64,000 bases of DNA from Marinoscillum sp. Its GTDB lineage: Bacteria > Bacteroidota > Bacteroidia > Cytophagales > Cyclobacteriaceae. The notes beneath the pieces are model-generated. The model searched no databases. It was not told the DNA's origin and saw only the letters and a list, made by a program, of their open reading frames with translations. This document shows positions 45,087-54,714 of this stretch, in pieces. The first letter of the stretch is position 1, and each line of letters begins with the position of its first letter. A program made the position numbers and the translations under genes. Location of the stretch: NCBI GenBank assembly GCA_024305105.1, contig JAMWZA010000004.1, forward strand, positions 7,876 through 71,875. The letters run 5' to 3'.

Positions 45087-47723
45087 TCAATCTACATCGT
45101 TTGACTCAACTTTAATTAGTCTTTGATTAAAAACCCTACCAGATATGGTGATTGCTCTTACTATATAATGCCCGGGTTTCATTCCTGAGCAATCTAGCAT
45201 GGACGTTTGCGAGTTGTAGGTGGCTTTCACCAGTTTACCAGAAACGTTATACACTTCTAACTTAAGTAGGGGTAAGTCTGGATGATCGATGTGACACTGA
45301 ACTGTCGCTGGATTTGGATAAAGTCGCAACGCCTGTTCCTTAGAAGAGAGGTTCATAACATACGCAAAGCCTTCACCGTTAGAGGCTCCCAGGCTCGTCG
45401 GTTCGGATAAGTTCACGGGATTCCCAAAGTAGTCAAATGACACCTTTTCAGTAATATTTTCAAAAATCCTCTTTCCCGCCATCGGAAATACGGGTTCACC
45501 AAAAACATTCACCGACTTCTTTTCCGCTGGGCTACCTTTTACCAAGTGATAGCCTTTCGCATACAAGGCCCCAGGCTCTGTATATCCTGGATTTTCAAAA
45601 ATGGCCTGATTGTCCTTTCCCGTCAAACGATCAGCAATACGCCCATGATACAGATTTGCTTTTATGTAGACCTGTCCCCCCATTTGCTTGAAAGTGGTTT
45701 CCTGACCTATCTCTGCCCCTGAGGCAGCATACAAAATATTGTTGAAGATAAAGGTATTGGCTCCTTGCAAGAATATATCAGTATCGAGGTTATCCCCTAA
45801 GTATATTGAATTATTGTAGATGTAATTGCTATCAGATGCGATGCGATTTTGCCCTGCAAAAGAAGAAATCCAAAAGGTACGCGCATCTTCCCTGAGCCCG
45901 TCATTTACACTGACATTGTATCGATAGGTGGCGTAGGTATTGTTACCCAGAATCTCCACAAATCCACCCTCACTATCCTCACTATAGTTGTATTGAAGGA
46001 TCACATATTTGTTTCCAAAGTCTATGTGCATACCATAAGAGTCTTTGGGCCCTCTGATATGCAGAGATTTGTTATATTGGGCTACGACATTTCTACAGCC
46101 GAAAAACCAAGCCCCGCTGCCCCTGGCAGCCATTCGGGGGTCTACATCAGATCCAGGGTATTCAAAGGTATTACCCTCTACCAGACAATTGTAAGTTCTA
46201 CCTGGAGTGATCCCTGACCCGCCGGTTTCAAATGTGTGATTGTCTCGAAAAATGAAGTCCATGTTTCGATTTAGGCTATCATTTCCTATCCCAGGGTCGC
46301 CCCCTGCATGTTGAGACCATATGCCAAACTTTCCTGTGTGCGTAATGTAGCAATTTTCCACAATCACATCCCGGATATGTTTCTCTTTTCCTCTGGTTGA
46401 ATTCTTCTCGCTTCGGAGATAAATTCCAGCGACTGTCAATGCGTCAAAGTCCAATCCATTGGTACTTATCGCAAAGATTTCTTTTATCGTCAAATCCCTG
46501 AAACGGAAGTTGCGCATTATTTTATCTCCATCATTGTGAACAAAAATTCCATATCCCTCCTGATCATTTTCACCCTGTCTTGTGAAGCGTCGATCGTTCG
46601 TGATAGACAGTCCTTCCATGACTATACCTTCCTGATTCCGGATCAAGATAGCACTTGTATAAGCGCCTCCTTCTGCCCGAGCACCATCAATAATGGGTTT
46701 TGGGCCACTACCATATCTGCCATAAATGATTGGCACCTCTGCAGAACCGGAGCTATTGACCCTCAATTGGCCAATGAACGTATCACCACCCTTGAACAAT
46801 ATGGAATCTCCAGGTAAAAACCTTAACTCACTTATCATCTCCAAGGAGCGAAGTGGGGCCTCCGGACTTAGGCCATTTAATGTATCATTTCCATTTTGGC
46901 TAACGTAAAATGTACCAGGCCCTGATACCACATAAATTGGGACGGACTTTGGAACCGTTTGACTCAGTCCTTCCGAGCGGTTTGTCAAACGCATAACGCC
47001 TTCCGCTGATCCAGAACCTGTGCTCACAAATGTGGTAGTTGCCTCACGTTGTCCAGCTGGAATTCTGATCGTCGTAGATAGCAGTTCAAACGAGTTCTTG
47101 TCAATCCCACTAACTTCCAGTTCAAAAGACAACTCTTCCATAACAATAGAATTGGTCCTGAATGTCAGCACCTGTGAATCCCCTGGAGTAAGGCGAATCC
47201 AGCGAGGAAGGATCTCTATTGATGGTAGCTCTGCTTCAACAATAATTAGTTTATCCAAAAACGGCGAATTACTTCCCTCTATTGGTGAAAACTGGAGAAC
47301 ATTAAGGCCAGCCTTCAGAGGAATCTGTATGGATATTTCGTGAGCAGAACCCTGATAGCACCAATTTGCAGAAGGAAAATCAAGCGTAAATGAACTATCG
47401 TTGACTGAAACCTTTAGAGAATTGGTCGAATGATTAAAATAGTCCAGCCTAAGTTCAAAAATTCCAGACTTGTCGACATCCACATCATTAAATTCTAGGA
47501 TGTTCGCCCCTTCAGAACCAAGTTTTACAAACCCACCTCCACTGGCATTTTCACAACCATATGACACTTCCGAAGTACTTCCAGTAAGTTTACCACTTTC
47601 GGCTTCCGATTGAAACCAAACATTTGAGTACGACAATCGGTCTATTAAAGCAGCAGACTGGGCGTAAACCAGGCAACTGATCAAAAACAGTCCGAATCCG
47701 AGAGAATAACCTAATAACTTCAT
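45087..47723 (-). CDS. CBM6/35-like module + Ig/Calx-like domain + beta-helix + T9SS CTD
   Basis: EAESG module at aa 35-163; beta-helix from aa ~270 with GPKDSYGMHIDF...QYN...GGFVEILGNN; C-terminal LYPNPA...GHYIV. Confidence 0.82.
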   Translation of the reverse strand: MKLLGYSLGFGLFLISCLVYAQSAALIDRLSYSNVWFQSEAESGKLTGSTSEVSYGCENASGGGFVKLGSEGANILEFNDVDVDKSGIFELRLDYFNHSTNSLKVSVNDSSFTLDFPSANWCYQGSAHEISIQIPLKAGLNVLQFSPIEGSNSPFLDKLIIVEAELPSIEILPRWIRLTPGDSQVLTFRTNSIVMEELSFELEVSGIDKNSFELLSTTIRIPAGQREATTTFVSTGSGSAEGVMRLTNRSEGLSQTVPKSVPIYVVSGPGTFYVSQNGNDTLNGLSPEAPLRSLEMISELRFLPGDSILFKGGDTFIGQLRVNSSGSAEVPIIYGRYGSGPKPIIDGARAEGGAYTSAILIRNQEGIVMEGLSITNDRRFTRQGENDQEGYGIFVHNDGDKIMRNFRFRDLTIKEIFAISTNGLDFDALTVAGIYLRSEKNSTRGKEKHIRDVIVENCYITHTGKFGIWSQHAGGDPGIGNDSLNRNMDFIFRDNHTFETGGSGITPGRTYNCLVEGNTFEYPGSDVDPRMAARGSGAWFFGCRNVVAQYNKSLHIRGPKDSYGMHIDFGNKYVILQYNYSEDSEGGFVEILGNNTYATYRYNVSVNDGLREDARTFWISSFAGQNRIASDSNYIYNNSIYLGDNLDTDIFLQGANTFIFNNILYAASGAEIGQETTFKQMGGQVYIKANLYHGRIADRLTGKDNQAIFENPGYTEPGALYAKGYHLVKGSPAEKKSVNVFGEPVFPMAGKRIFENITEKVSFDYFGNPVNLSEPTSLGASNGEGFAYVMNLSSKEQALRLYPNPATVQCHIDHPDLPLLKLEVYNVSGKLVKATYNSQTSMLDCSGMKPGHYIVRAITISGRVFNQRLIKVESNDVD

Positions 47724-48008
47724 CAGTCAAAAATGATCTCAAAATGACAGATCAAGGGGTACAGTTTATTAGGAGAAAGGGACTAATCAATCAAACCTGT
47801 TTTCCCAACTAGAAAACGACTGGGAACATACGTTTTTGGTATCGCTGATTCTGATCGGGGTAGAATTTCCAAACGTACCGTTGACGATACCTGCTTCCAT
47901 AAAAAAGTAAAGCCTCCGTCCATATGGGAACGAGTGACTTTTGATCGAATATGAGAAATCAGAAACATATATAAAAGGGATGCTTTAACTGCCACCCTGT
48001 TAGAGTCT

Positions 48009-49676
48009 CTATTTCATATTTTCTACAAACAACCCGAGTCTCAAATAGTCTCCGTGTCTGTTTTTATAGTACTTCACCATTTCATCTTCTGGATAATATA
48101 TTTTAACAATGGGTTTAAGCATTCTCTCTTGAGCAGCTAACGTATCCGGGTATAATCCTGCAGCAATGGATGCAAGTATTGCAGAACCTAAAGCGGCTGT
48201 ATGATCAGAATCGCGAATTTTTATAGGCATATTGAGCACATTAGCCAAGGTCTGCATTATAAATGGAGATTTCTTAGAAATTCCTCCTACCCCCAAAACC
48301 GTATCAATCCGTACGCCCTCATCTTTCAATCTCTCAACAATCTCCTTTGCTCCAAAACACATGGCTTCAATCAAGGCTCTGTAAATGTAAGGAGCAGTAT
48401 TCCCAAGGGATAATCCCATTATCGCTGCTCTCAATGAATAATTCGTATCAGGTGTTCGTCTACCGTTAATCCAGTCGACTGCAACAGGTAAGCTTTCTTT
48501 GGGGTCGATACGTTCTGCATGTTTTTCTAAGTGTATAAATGTCAGGTCAACTAGCTCTTTTTGAAGTCGCTCAATTTGGTCTGGCTCCATCCACTTGACA
48601 GCACTAAGTGTATGCTTAACTGGCCAAAGAACCAACTCATTAAACCATTTCAACAGATCTCCAAACGCAGATTGACCCGCCTCGATTCCTATGCTTCCAG
48701 GGATAATAGAGCCGTTTACCTGACCACAAATTCCAGATATCGGCTTATCTAGAATTGAGTTATTGGTAGCTATGGTCATGTCACAAGTGGATGTCCCCAT
48801 TACTTTGACCAGTACCCCCTCTGCAACACCGGCTCCAATGGCCTCTGCATGTGCGTCCAGAAGACCTACACAAACTGGTATTCCCGTTTGCAACCCCAAT
48901 TTATTAGCCCAATATTCATTTAAGTGTCCCGCAATTTGTTCTGAAGTATGAGTAGTTTGAAATAAATTTGACTTTACCTGAACCAGGTATGGGTCTAACT
49001 CATGGAAGAAATCATCGCTCGGAAAGCCATCCCAGCTTTCATGCCACATAGCCTTATGACCTGCCGCACACCTACTTCCTTTGAAATTAGAAAAGTCTTT
49101 ATTGCCAGTCAGCTCCATGGTCATCCAATCACAGTGCTCTAACCACGTATAAGAAGCATCTCTCACATAGGTATCTTTTCGGCCAATGTGCAAGATTTTA
49201 GCCCAAAACCACTCTGAAGAATAACTTCCCCCAGAATAGATGGTATAATCTAATTCATACCGACGAGCAACACGATTGATCTCATCTGCCTCTGCAATAG
49301 CTGTGTGATCTTTCCAGAGAATCATCATGGCGTTTGGGTTAGCTTCAAACTCAGGCAACATCGCTAAAGGCACTCCTTCTGCATTCAATGCCAGAGGTGA
49401 AGAACCAGTAGTGTCCACACATATGGCCAGAATATCTCTAGAGGATACACTACCTTCAGTTATAGCACCAACCACTGCGTTCTCCAGACTTTCCAGGTGG
49501 TCCAATGGGTGTTGTCTGAACTGATTGGAAGGTGCATGACAAAACTCCTGAGTGGCCCACCTCCTATAGTGATCCACATGTGATGACACTACCTCACCAT
49601 TGGTTGCGTCAATGATCGCACAACGAACAGAGTCCGTTCCAAAATCAATCCCTAAACACAGTTTTCTTGTTTGCAT
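48009..49676 (-). CDS. araB: Ribulokinase (FGGY family)
   Basis: LGIDFGTDSVR, RQHPLDH, ILWKDHTA, YSSEWFWAK, CAAGHKAMW, VMGTSTCD, GIEAGQSAFGD, DWINGRRTP. Confidence 0.9.
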   Translation of the reverse strand: MQTRKLCLGIDFGTDSVRCAIIDATNGEVVSSHVDHYRRWATQEFCHAPSNQFRQHPLDHLESLENAVVGAITEGSVSSRDILAICVDTTGSSPLALNAEGVPLAMLPEFEANPNAMMILWKDHTAIAEADEINRVARRYELDYTIYSGGSYSSEWFWAKILHIGRKDTYVRDASYTWLEHCDWMTMELTGNKDFSNFKGSRCAAGHKAMWHESWDGFPSDDFFHELDPYLVQVKSNLFQTTHTSEQIAGHLNEYWANKLGLQTGIPVCVGLLDAHAEAIGAGVAEGVLVKVMGTSTCDMTIATNNSILDKPISGICGQVNGSIIPGSIGIEAGQSAFGDLLKWFNELVLWPVKHTLSAVKWMEPDQIERLQKELVDLTFIHLEKHAERIDPKESLPVAVDWINGRRTPDTNYSLRAAIMGLSLGNTAPYIYRALIEAMCFGAKEIVERLKDEGVRIDTVLGVGGISKKSPFIMQTLANVLNMPIKIRDSDHTAALGSAILASIAAGLYPDTLAAQERMLKPIVKIYYPEDEMVKYYKNRHGDYLRLGLFVENMK

Positions 49677-49707
49677 AGAATATCGTTAATCTCTTTTATT
49701 ATCAATA

Positions 49708-51117
49708 TCATTCAATACTTGCTTTCGTAGACATTAACCATTTATCATAGGCCCCCAGCATGTCTACCAATATCTCAGGCTCCTCTTTGCTTAAGTCATT
49801 GATTTCAGCCAAGTCAGTTTCCAGATTGTACAGTTCTGATTCGCCGGTATCAAAAAATGAAATCAATTTCCACTTGCCTCTTCGCATTGCTCCTGAGGAA
49901 CGACCACCCAAAAAATGCCTTTTATCAAGAGGATAATACCAATAGAGTGGTCTGATTATGTCAACCGTGCTGTCCTCCAGAGTTTTGACAAGAGATATAC
50001 CATCAAGCAATTGGTGCTTGGAAAGTGACGTACCTGTCATTTCACAAATTGTAGGGTAGAAGTCGAAATTTGAAGTGATGAACGATGAGGTGCGAAGCTG
50101 CACATCGCTTTGAGGATTATAAATGACCAGTGGCACCCGAATTCCTCCCTCGTATGTAGTGCTCTTTCCAGCTCTCAGAGGCTGATTTGAAGTAACACGA
50201 GATTCACCGCCATTGTCACTAGTGAAAATAATGATCGTATTTTCCGCTAAACCCAATTCATCCAGCCGGGTGCGGATCATATCCACACCTTCATCAATTA
50301 CCTTCAGTTGTGCTGCCAGATGAGGATTGTTTTGACTGGCCATGTAGTCAGCAGGTCGTTTTTCATAAGGGTCGTTCTTTTCATTTTTCTTCGATGGAGG
50401 ACTCGATCCACATTCATCTTTACTCCTAAAATGGTTTACCCATTCAGGTTCACCATGGAGCATGGTATGCACAGCATAATGGCTTAGGTACAAAAAGAAG
50501 GGCTGATCCTTATTACGTTCTATAAACCCAAGAGCCTCCTGATTCATCCGATCTATTAGGAATTCCTTTGGTTCTTCAAGCATCTTGGGCAGGTCTGGAT
50601 TGAAATGATACGGGTGGAAGTAACTGCCATTGGCGATTCCTGTGGTTTCAGAGGAAATGACCTCTTCAAAACCATGAAGCGCTGGCCCTATTTCTACGGG
50701 CGCATCTGCTGCCAGGTATCCGGTCAGATGCCATTTCCCGATTATACCGGTATGGTAACCATTTGATCGCAATGCTTCGGCCAACGTATAGTGAGCTGTA
50801 TCAAGTGGACTCGCCGTCCAGGATCTTAAGTAATCATTGATCCCGATTCTGACTGGATATTGACCAGTCATGAATGCTGCTCGGTATGGTGAGCAAACTG
50901 GAGCTGAGGCATAAGCCTGGGTGAACCTCGTACCGTCCATAGCTAACTGATCCAGGTTTGGTGTTTCATTAAAGGAATTTCCAAAGCAACCCAATTCACC
51001 ATAACCAAGGTCATCGGCTAAAATAAAGATGACATTAGGTTTATCGGATTGAGCCTGACCAACGGATTGGATTAGACCCAAAACAATGACGAATAAAAAG
51101 GAATAATAACTATTCAT
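49708..51117 (-). CDS. S1 sulfatase
   Basis: ADDLGYGE, CSPYRAAFMTG, GKWHL, YAVH, FTSDNGG, YWYYP. Confidence 0.92.
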   Translation of the reverse strand: MNSYYSFLFVIVLGLIQSVGQAQSDKPNVIFILADDLGYGELGCFGNSFNETPNLDQLAMDGTRFTQAYASAPVCSPYRAAFMTGQYPVRIGINDYLRSWTASPLDTAHYTLAEALRSNGYHTGIIGKWHLTGYLAADAPVEIGPALHGFEEVISSETTGIANGSYFHPYHFNPDLPKMLEEPKEFLIDRMNQEALGFIERNKDQPFFLYLSHYAVHTMLHGEPEWVNHFRSKDECGSSPPSKKNEKNDPYEKRPADYMASQNNPHLAAQLKVIDEGVDMIRTRLDELGLAENTIIIFTSDNGGESRVTSNQPLRAGKSTTYEGGIRVPLVIYNPQSDVQLRTSSFITSNFDFYPTICEMTGTSLSKHQLLDGISLVKTLEDSTVDIIRPLYWYYPLDKRHFLGGRSSGAMRRGKWKLISFFDTGESELYNLETDLAEINDLSKEEPEILVDMLGAYDKWLMSTKASIE

Positions 51118-51144
51118 CTCCTTTGAATTAAATTAATGTGATAG

Positions 51145-52317
51145 CTATTTCCCGGATTGAATTATTTGTTCTATAAACTGAACCTCCTTTTTACTGTATG
51201 GCTCTCCGTTAGCTTTAAAAATGTCATGAAACCAAGGATCAGGCTCCTGTTCGTAAGGTTTTTCCCACGAGTCCCATGGGTAGATCGTATTGGTTTTCCC
51301 ATTTACAAACCCCCAGTTATAAGAGGCTACCTTGTGCTTTTTGGCTATAGGCAAAATGTACTCGAATGTGCTGTTTCTAGGCCTGGCCATATATTCTGTA
51401 CACAAAAGTGGCCTATTGTATCGCTGTAGATAGGTTACCCGCTGTTCGTACTCTTCAGGGCCATGATAGCTATGAAAGGAAATCACATCAGAGTTTTGAA
51501 CCAAAAACAGATCCATCTTAGTCATGCGCTCTTCACTGCTCCAATCACCAAGCCATATGCCTGATGTAATGGGCTGAGATGGCAACATCTCGCGTGCCCA
51601 GCGAAAAGAGGCTTTCAGTAAAGACAGTCCATATTCCATCTTATTGTCTGGTTCCTGGGCTACATAGCTGCTTCGGTTTCTGTTGTCAGCTTCATTGACC
51701 AAATCCCAAACCAACACTCTTGAATCATGCGCAAAGCGACCTACTATTCCTTTCACATAATGCTCCAACCTGGGATAGGAGTTGACAGTATCCATTAATG
51801 CGGCAAGTCCTGGACTCTGTACCCACCCGGAGTTGTGGACTCCCTTTTTAGGCATTCGCTGAGTGCCCAATTGTGGTTTTGGATCCCACACAGAGTCGAA
51901 TAGTACCAGCATTACTTTAATGCCATGCTTATCTGCTACGTTTAAAAAAGCATCTATCCGTTTTAAGAACGATTCTCTATCTTGTTCCCATAGCAGATCA
52001 TGCAAAAAAACCCGCGCAGTATTAAAACCCAGCTTCTCTGCCCACTGCAATTCCTTCTCGATCGCCTGGAGATCGAAGGTTTCAGCTTGCCACATCTCTA
52101 ATTGATTGATTGCATAAGCCGGAGTGTAATTCATGCCTACTAACCAGGGCTGACTGCTATACCATGTATTTGCTGCTGTCTCACTCCAGATGCCTAAAGA
52201 GTTGTACTGAGGTTGTGCTATTGTAGTGCCATACTGTAGCAGAAGCCATAGTACCGAGAGGCTTAGTAGTCGATTTTTTGTGGATTTCATATTCTTTGGG
52301 TCTGGTGACAAAATCAT
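51145..52317 (-). CDS. GH5 glycoside hydrolase (GH5_13-like)
   Basis: AINQLEMWQ, RVFLHD, VWDLVNE (acid/base), DVISFHSY, CTEYMAR (nucleophile), YNWGFVNGK, WFHDI. ATGA coupling with the upstream gene. Confidence 0.82.
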   Translation of the reverse strand: MILSPDPKNMKSTKNRLLSLSVLWLLLQYGTTIAQPQYNSLGIWSETAANTWYSSQPWLVGMNYTPAYAINQLEMWQAETFDLQAIEKELQWAEKLGFNTARVFLHDLLWEQDRESFLKRIDAFLNVADKHGIKVMLVLFDSVWDPKPQLGTQRMPKKGVHNSGWVQSPGLAALMDTVNSYPRLEHYVKGIVGRFAHDSRVLVWDLVNEADNRNRSSYVAQEPDNKMEYGLSLLKASFRWAREMLPSQPITSGIWLGDWSSEERMTKMDLFLVQNSDVISFHSYHGPEEYEQRVTYLQRYNRPLLCTEYMARPRNSTFEYILPIAKKHKVASYNWGFVNGKTNTIYPWDSWEKPYEQEPDPWFHDIFKANGEPYSKKEVQFIEQIIQSGK

Positions 52318-53321
52318 TGGAATAACTCTGACATCACATCGCCCTGACCAGTGGGCATGTCAAAGCCTAATAAATAGGCAATTGTCGCCGGGATATCTAT
52401 TTGTTCCCTTTTCATTTTTTCTATGTGCCCTTGTTTAAAATCTGGCCCAAATGCGAAAAGGTTGATATGTCGGCATCCATCACAACTGCACCCATGGGAG
52501 AAAAAACCATTTTTGACATCATCGAGATGTCTACCATGATCATTGGTAATAAAAAGTGACGTTTTACCAGCGTATATGCTGTCTTGTTGGATGAATTGGT
52601 ACAATTCGTAGACATACTGGTCAGTATCTCTGATCCCCTGAAGGTAGCCCTCCCAGTTCTTTTTATGACCGGACCTATCCGGTTCACGGAAATTCACGAG
52701 CATTAATTTAGGGTGGTGAGTAGCCATTACGTCCAGTACTCTTTCCATGGTAGCACTGTCATGGCGATAACCACTACCTACACCAAGACCGCCTACCCCA
52801 GAGTTCACAGAGGGGTTGTAAGTACCCTGCCATGCACTATCCTGGCAATCCGATAATATCTCGAGTTTGTCTTTGCTGGTTACCACCCATGCCTTGAATT
52901 CACTCTCCCGTGAATTTTTAAGCCAGTACTGAAAAAAAGACGGATTTTGTGCCAACTCTTTTCCGCTGTTATCAATTTCCTGATAATTACCCGTAGTGAT
53001 GGCTGAATGCCCGGCATTTGTGTAGGTTGGGCCATTGTTATAAAACTCAGTGTAATAGACTCCATGAGGTGCAAGGTCATTGGCCAATCGTGGTAAATAA
53101 GTATGATTAGGGTCTCCCCACGTTTCAGAGTAACGCGGGCCATCTATAACCACTACTATTACATTTTCCGTTTTGTGTACTTTGTTCTTTGTTTGTTGGT
53201 TTATACAACCAGAACCGAAGATCAAAAGGAATAATACGAAAGCAACTCGAGTACAAGGGAGGGATATATTATCTGTTTTCATAATTAAGATTGTTAGAAT
53301 GAAGAATGGGATCAAATCCAT
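52314..53321 (-). CDS. Alkaline phosphatase-superfamily metalloenzyme, probable lipoprotein
   Basis: VVVIDGPR, TYTNAGHSAITTG, EPD..GH, ITNDHGRH; lipobox GSGC. No CxPxR. Likely start MKTDN at 53282. Confidence 0.75.
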   Translation of the reverse strand: MDLIPFFILTILIMKTDNISLPCTRVAFVLFLLIFGSGCINQQTKNKVHKTENVIVVVIDGPRYSETWGDPNHTYLPRLANDLAPHGVYYTEFYNNGPTYTNAGHSAITTGNYQEIDNSGKELAQNPSFFQYWLKNSRESEFKAWVVTSKDKLEILSDCQDSAWQGTYNPSVNSGVGGLGVGSGYRHDSATMERVLDVMATHHPKLMLVNFREPDRSGHKKNWEGYLQGIRDTDQYVYELYQFIQQDSIYAGKTSLFITNDHGRHLDDVKNGFFSHGCSCDGCRHINLFAFGPDFKQGHIEKMKREQIDIPATIAYLLGFDMPTGQGDVMSELFQ

Positions 53322-54714
53322 ATAACCAGGAATGAAATTCTTCCTTCAGCTCGTTAACCAATTTCTGTTTTTTTGAACTTAGGTCCGTAGTTTCACCTAA
53401 GTCTTTACTTAAATCAAATAATTCTATTGACGGGGGGTCATAATGCCCTATTAGTTTAAAATTGCCCTTGCGGATAGCATACCCTGGCATCTTTGCCTGA
53501 GGACTGTAATGAGGATAATACCAGTGAAGTGTTTTTCGATTTAAGGACCCAATGTTTTTTAAAACAGGAATAAGTGAGACCCCATCTACCTGGCCTGCAC
53601 TCGCACCTACCATTTCAGCTATTGTAGGCAGTATATCATCAGTGATGACTAGCTCATCAGTTGATGTAGATTCCTCCACTTCTCCAGGCCATTTCACAAT
53701 CATGGGTATTCTTATCCCCCCCTCATAAAGATAGCCTTTGCCTTCTCTAAGAGGTTTGTTATTGGTTACTTTCCCTTCGCCTCCATTATCACTACTGAGA
53801 ATAACAATGGTATTGTTCGATAACCCCATAGTAGAAATGCTTTCTAAAACACGGCCCACATTCCAATCCATGTTTTCCACCATGGCGCCATAAATGGCGT
53901 TCTTTTGTTCATCTTGACCCTCTATTCTATGCTTATACTTTGCTACCAAAGTATCGGGTGCTTCTAATGGAAGATGTACGGCATAATGGGAAAGGTATAA
54001 GAAAAAGGGACGTTCCTTATTATCACTTATGAATCGGATTGCTTCATTTGTGAGTCTATCAGTTAGGTATTCTCCTGAATCTCTCGGGGAGAGGTTTTTG
54101 ATCACAGGATTCCATGTTTTTTCAGATTGGTAGGGACCCCAATATGTGGGCGGGCTGCCATGCTCATAACCTGCAATATTGGTATCAAAACCCTGATGAG
54201 TTGGGAAATACTTCTCATTATCACCCACATGCCATTTACCTATGCTTGCGGAAGCATACCCTAACCCTTGCAGCATTTCTGGAATCATTGTCTCTTCCAA
54301 AGACACATGCATATAATCATCCGGAGGAACAATTCTTCCTTTTTCAGGATACCTGTGCCGTCCGATTGCGGTAATATGTCCGGTAAACCCCAGATTTACC
54401 GGATTCTTTCCTGTGAGAATACTTGCTCTGGAAGGCGAGCAGACAGGACTTGCGGAATACGCATTGGTAAAAAGCATCCCTTCTCTGCTTAACTGATCAA
54501 TATTGGGGGTATCATAGAATGTGCTTCCATAGCAGCCTAAATCCTTCCATCCCAAGTCATCAATCAATATAAATACCACATTCGGATGACTTTGTCCTTG
54601 AACTTCCAGCAAAGAAGTTGTCAACAATAAGACTATTAAAAAGGACGGTATATGATTTACCTGTTTAACCATTTGCTTAACGTTTGTACAAGTATAAAAT
54701 GGGCTCTCGCTCAC
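53269..54714 (-). CDS. S1 sulfatase (S1_16-like)
   Basis: IDDLGWKD, CSPSRASILTG, GKWHVG, YAVHLP, SSDNGG, WYYPHY. The start is probably downstream of 54714. Confidence 0.92.
   Translation of the reverse strand: MSESPFYTCTNVKQMVKQVNHIPSFLIVLLLTTSLLEVQGQSHPNVVFILIDDLGWKDLGCYGSTFYDTPNIDQLSREGMLFTNAYSASPVCSPSRASILTGKNPVNLGFTGHITAIGRHRYPEKGRIVPPDDYMHVSLEETMIPEMLQGLGYASASIGKWHVGDNEKYFPTHQGFDTNIAGYEHGSPPTYWGPYQSEKTWNPVIKNLSPRDSGEYLTDRLTNEAIRFISDNKERPFFLYLSHYAVHLPLEAPDTLVAKYKHRIEGQDEQKNAIYGAMVENMDWNVGRVLESISTMGLSNNTIVILSSDNGGEGKVTNNKPLREGKGYLYEGGIRIPMIVKWPGEVEESTSTDELVITDDILPTIAEMVGASAGQVDGVSLIPVLKNIGSLNRKTLHWYYPHYSPQAKMPGYAIRKGNFKLIGHYDPPSIELFDLSKDLGETTDLSSKKQKLVNELKEEFHSWLYGFDPILHSNNLNYENR

Noticed and set aside
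47783-47995. 70-aa ORF in the araB / beta-helix spacer
   Set aside because: No motif, signal peptide or other support; probably spurious.
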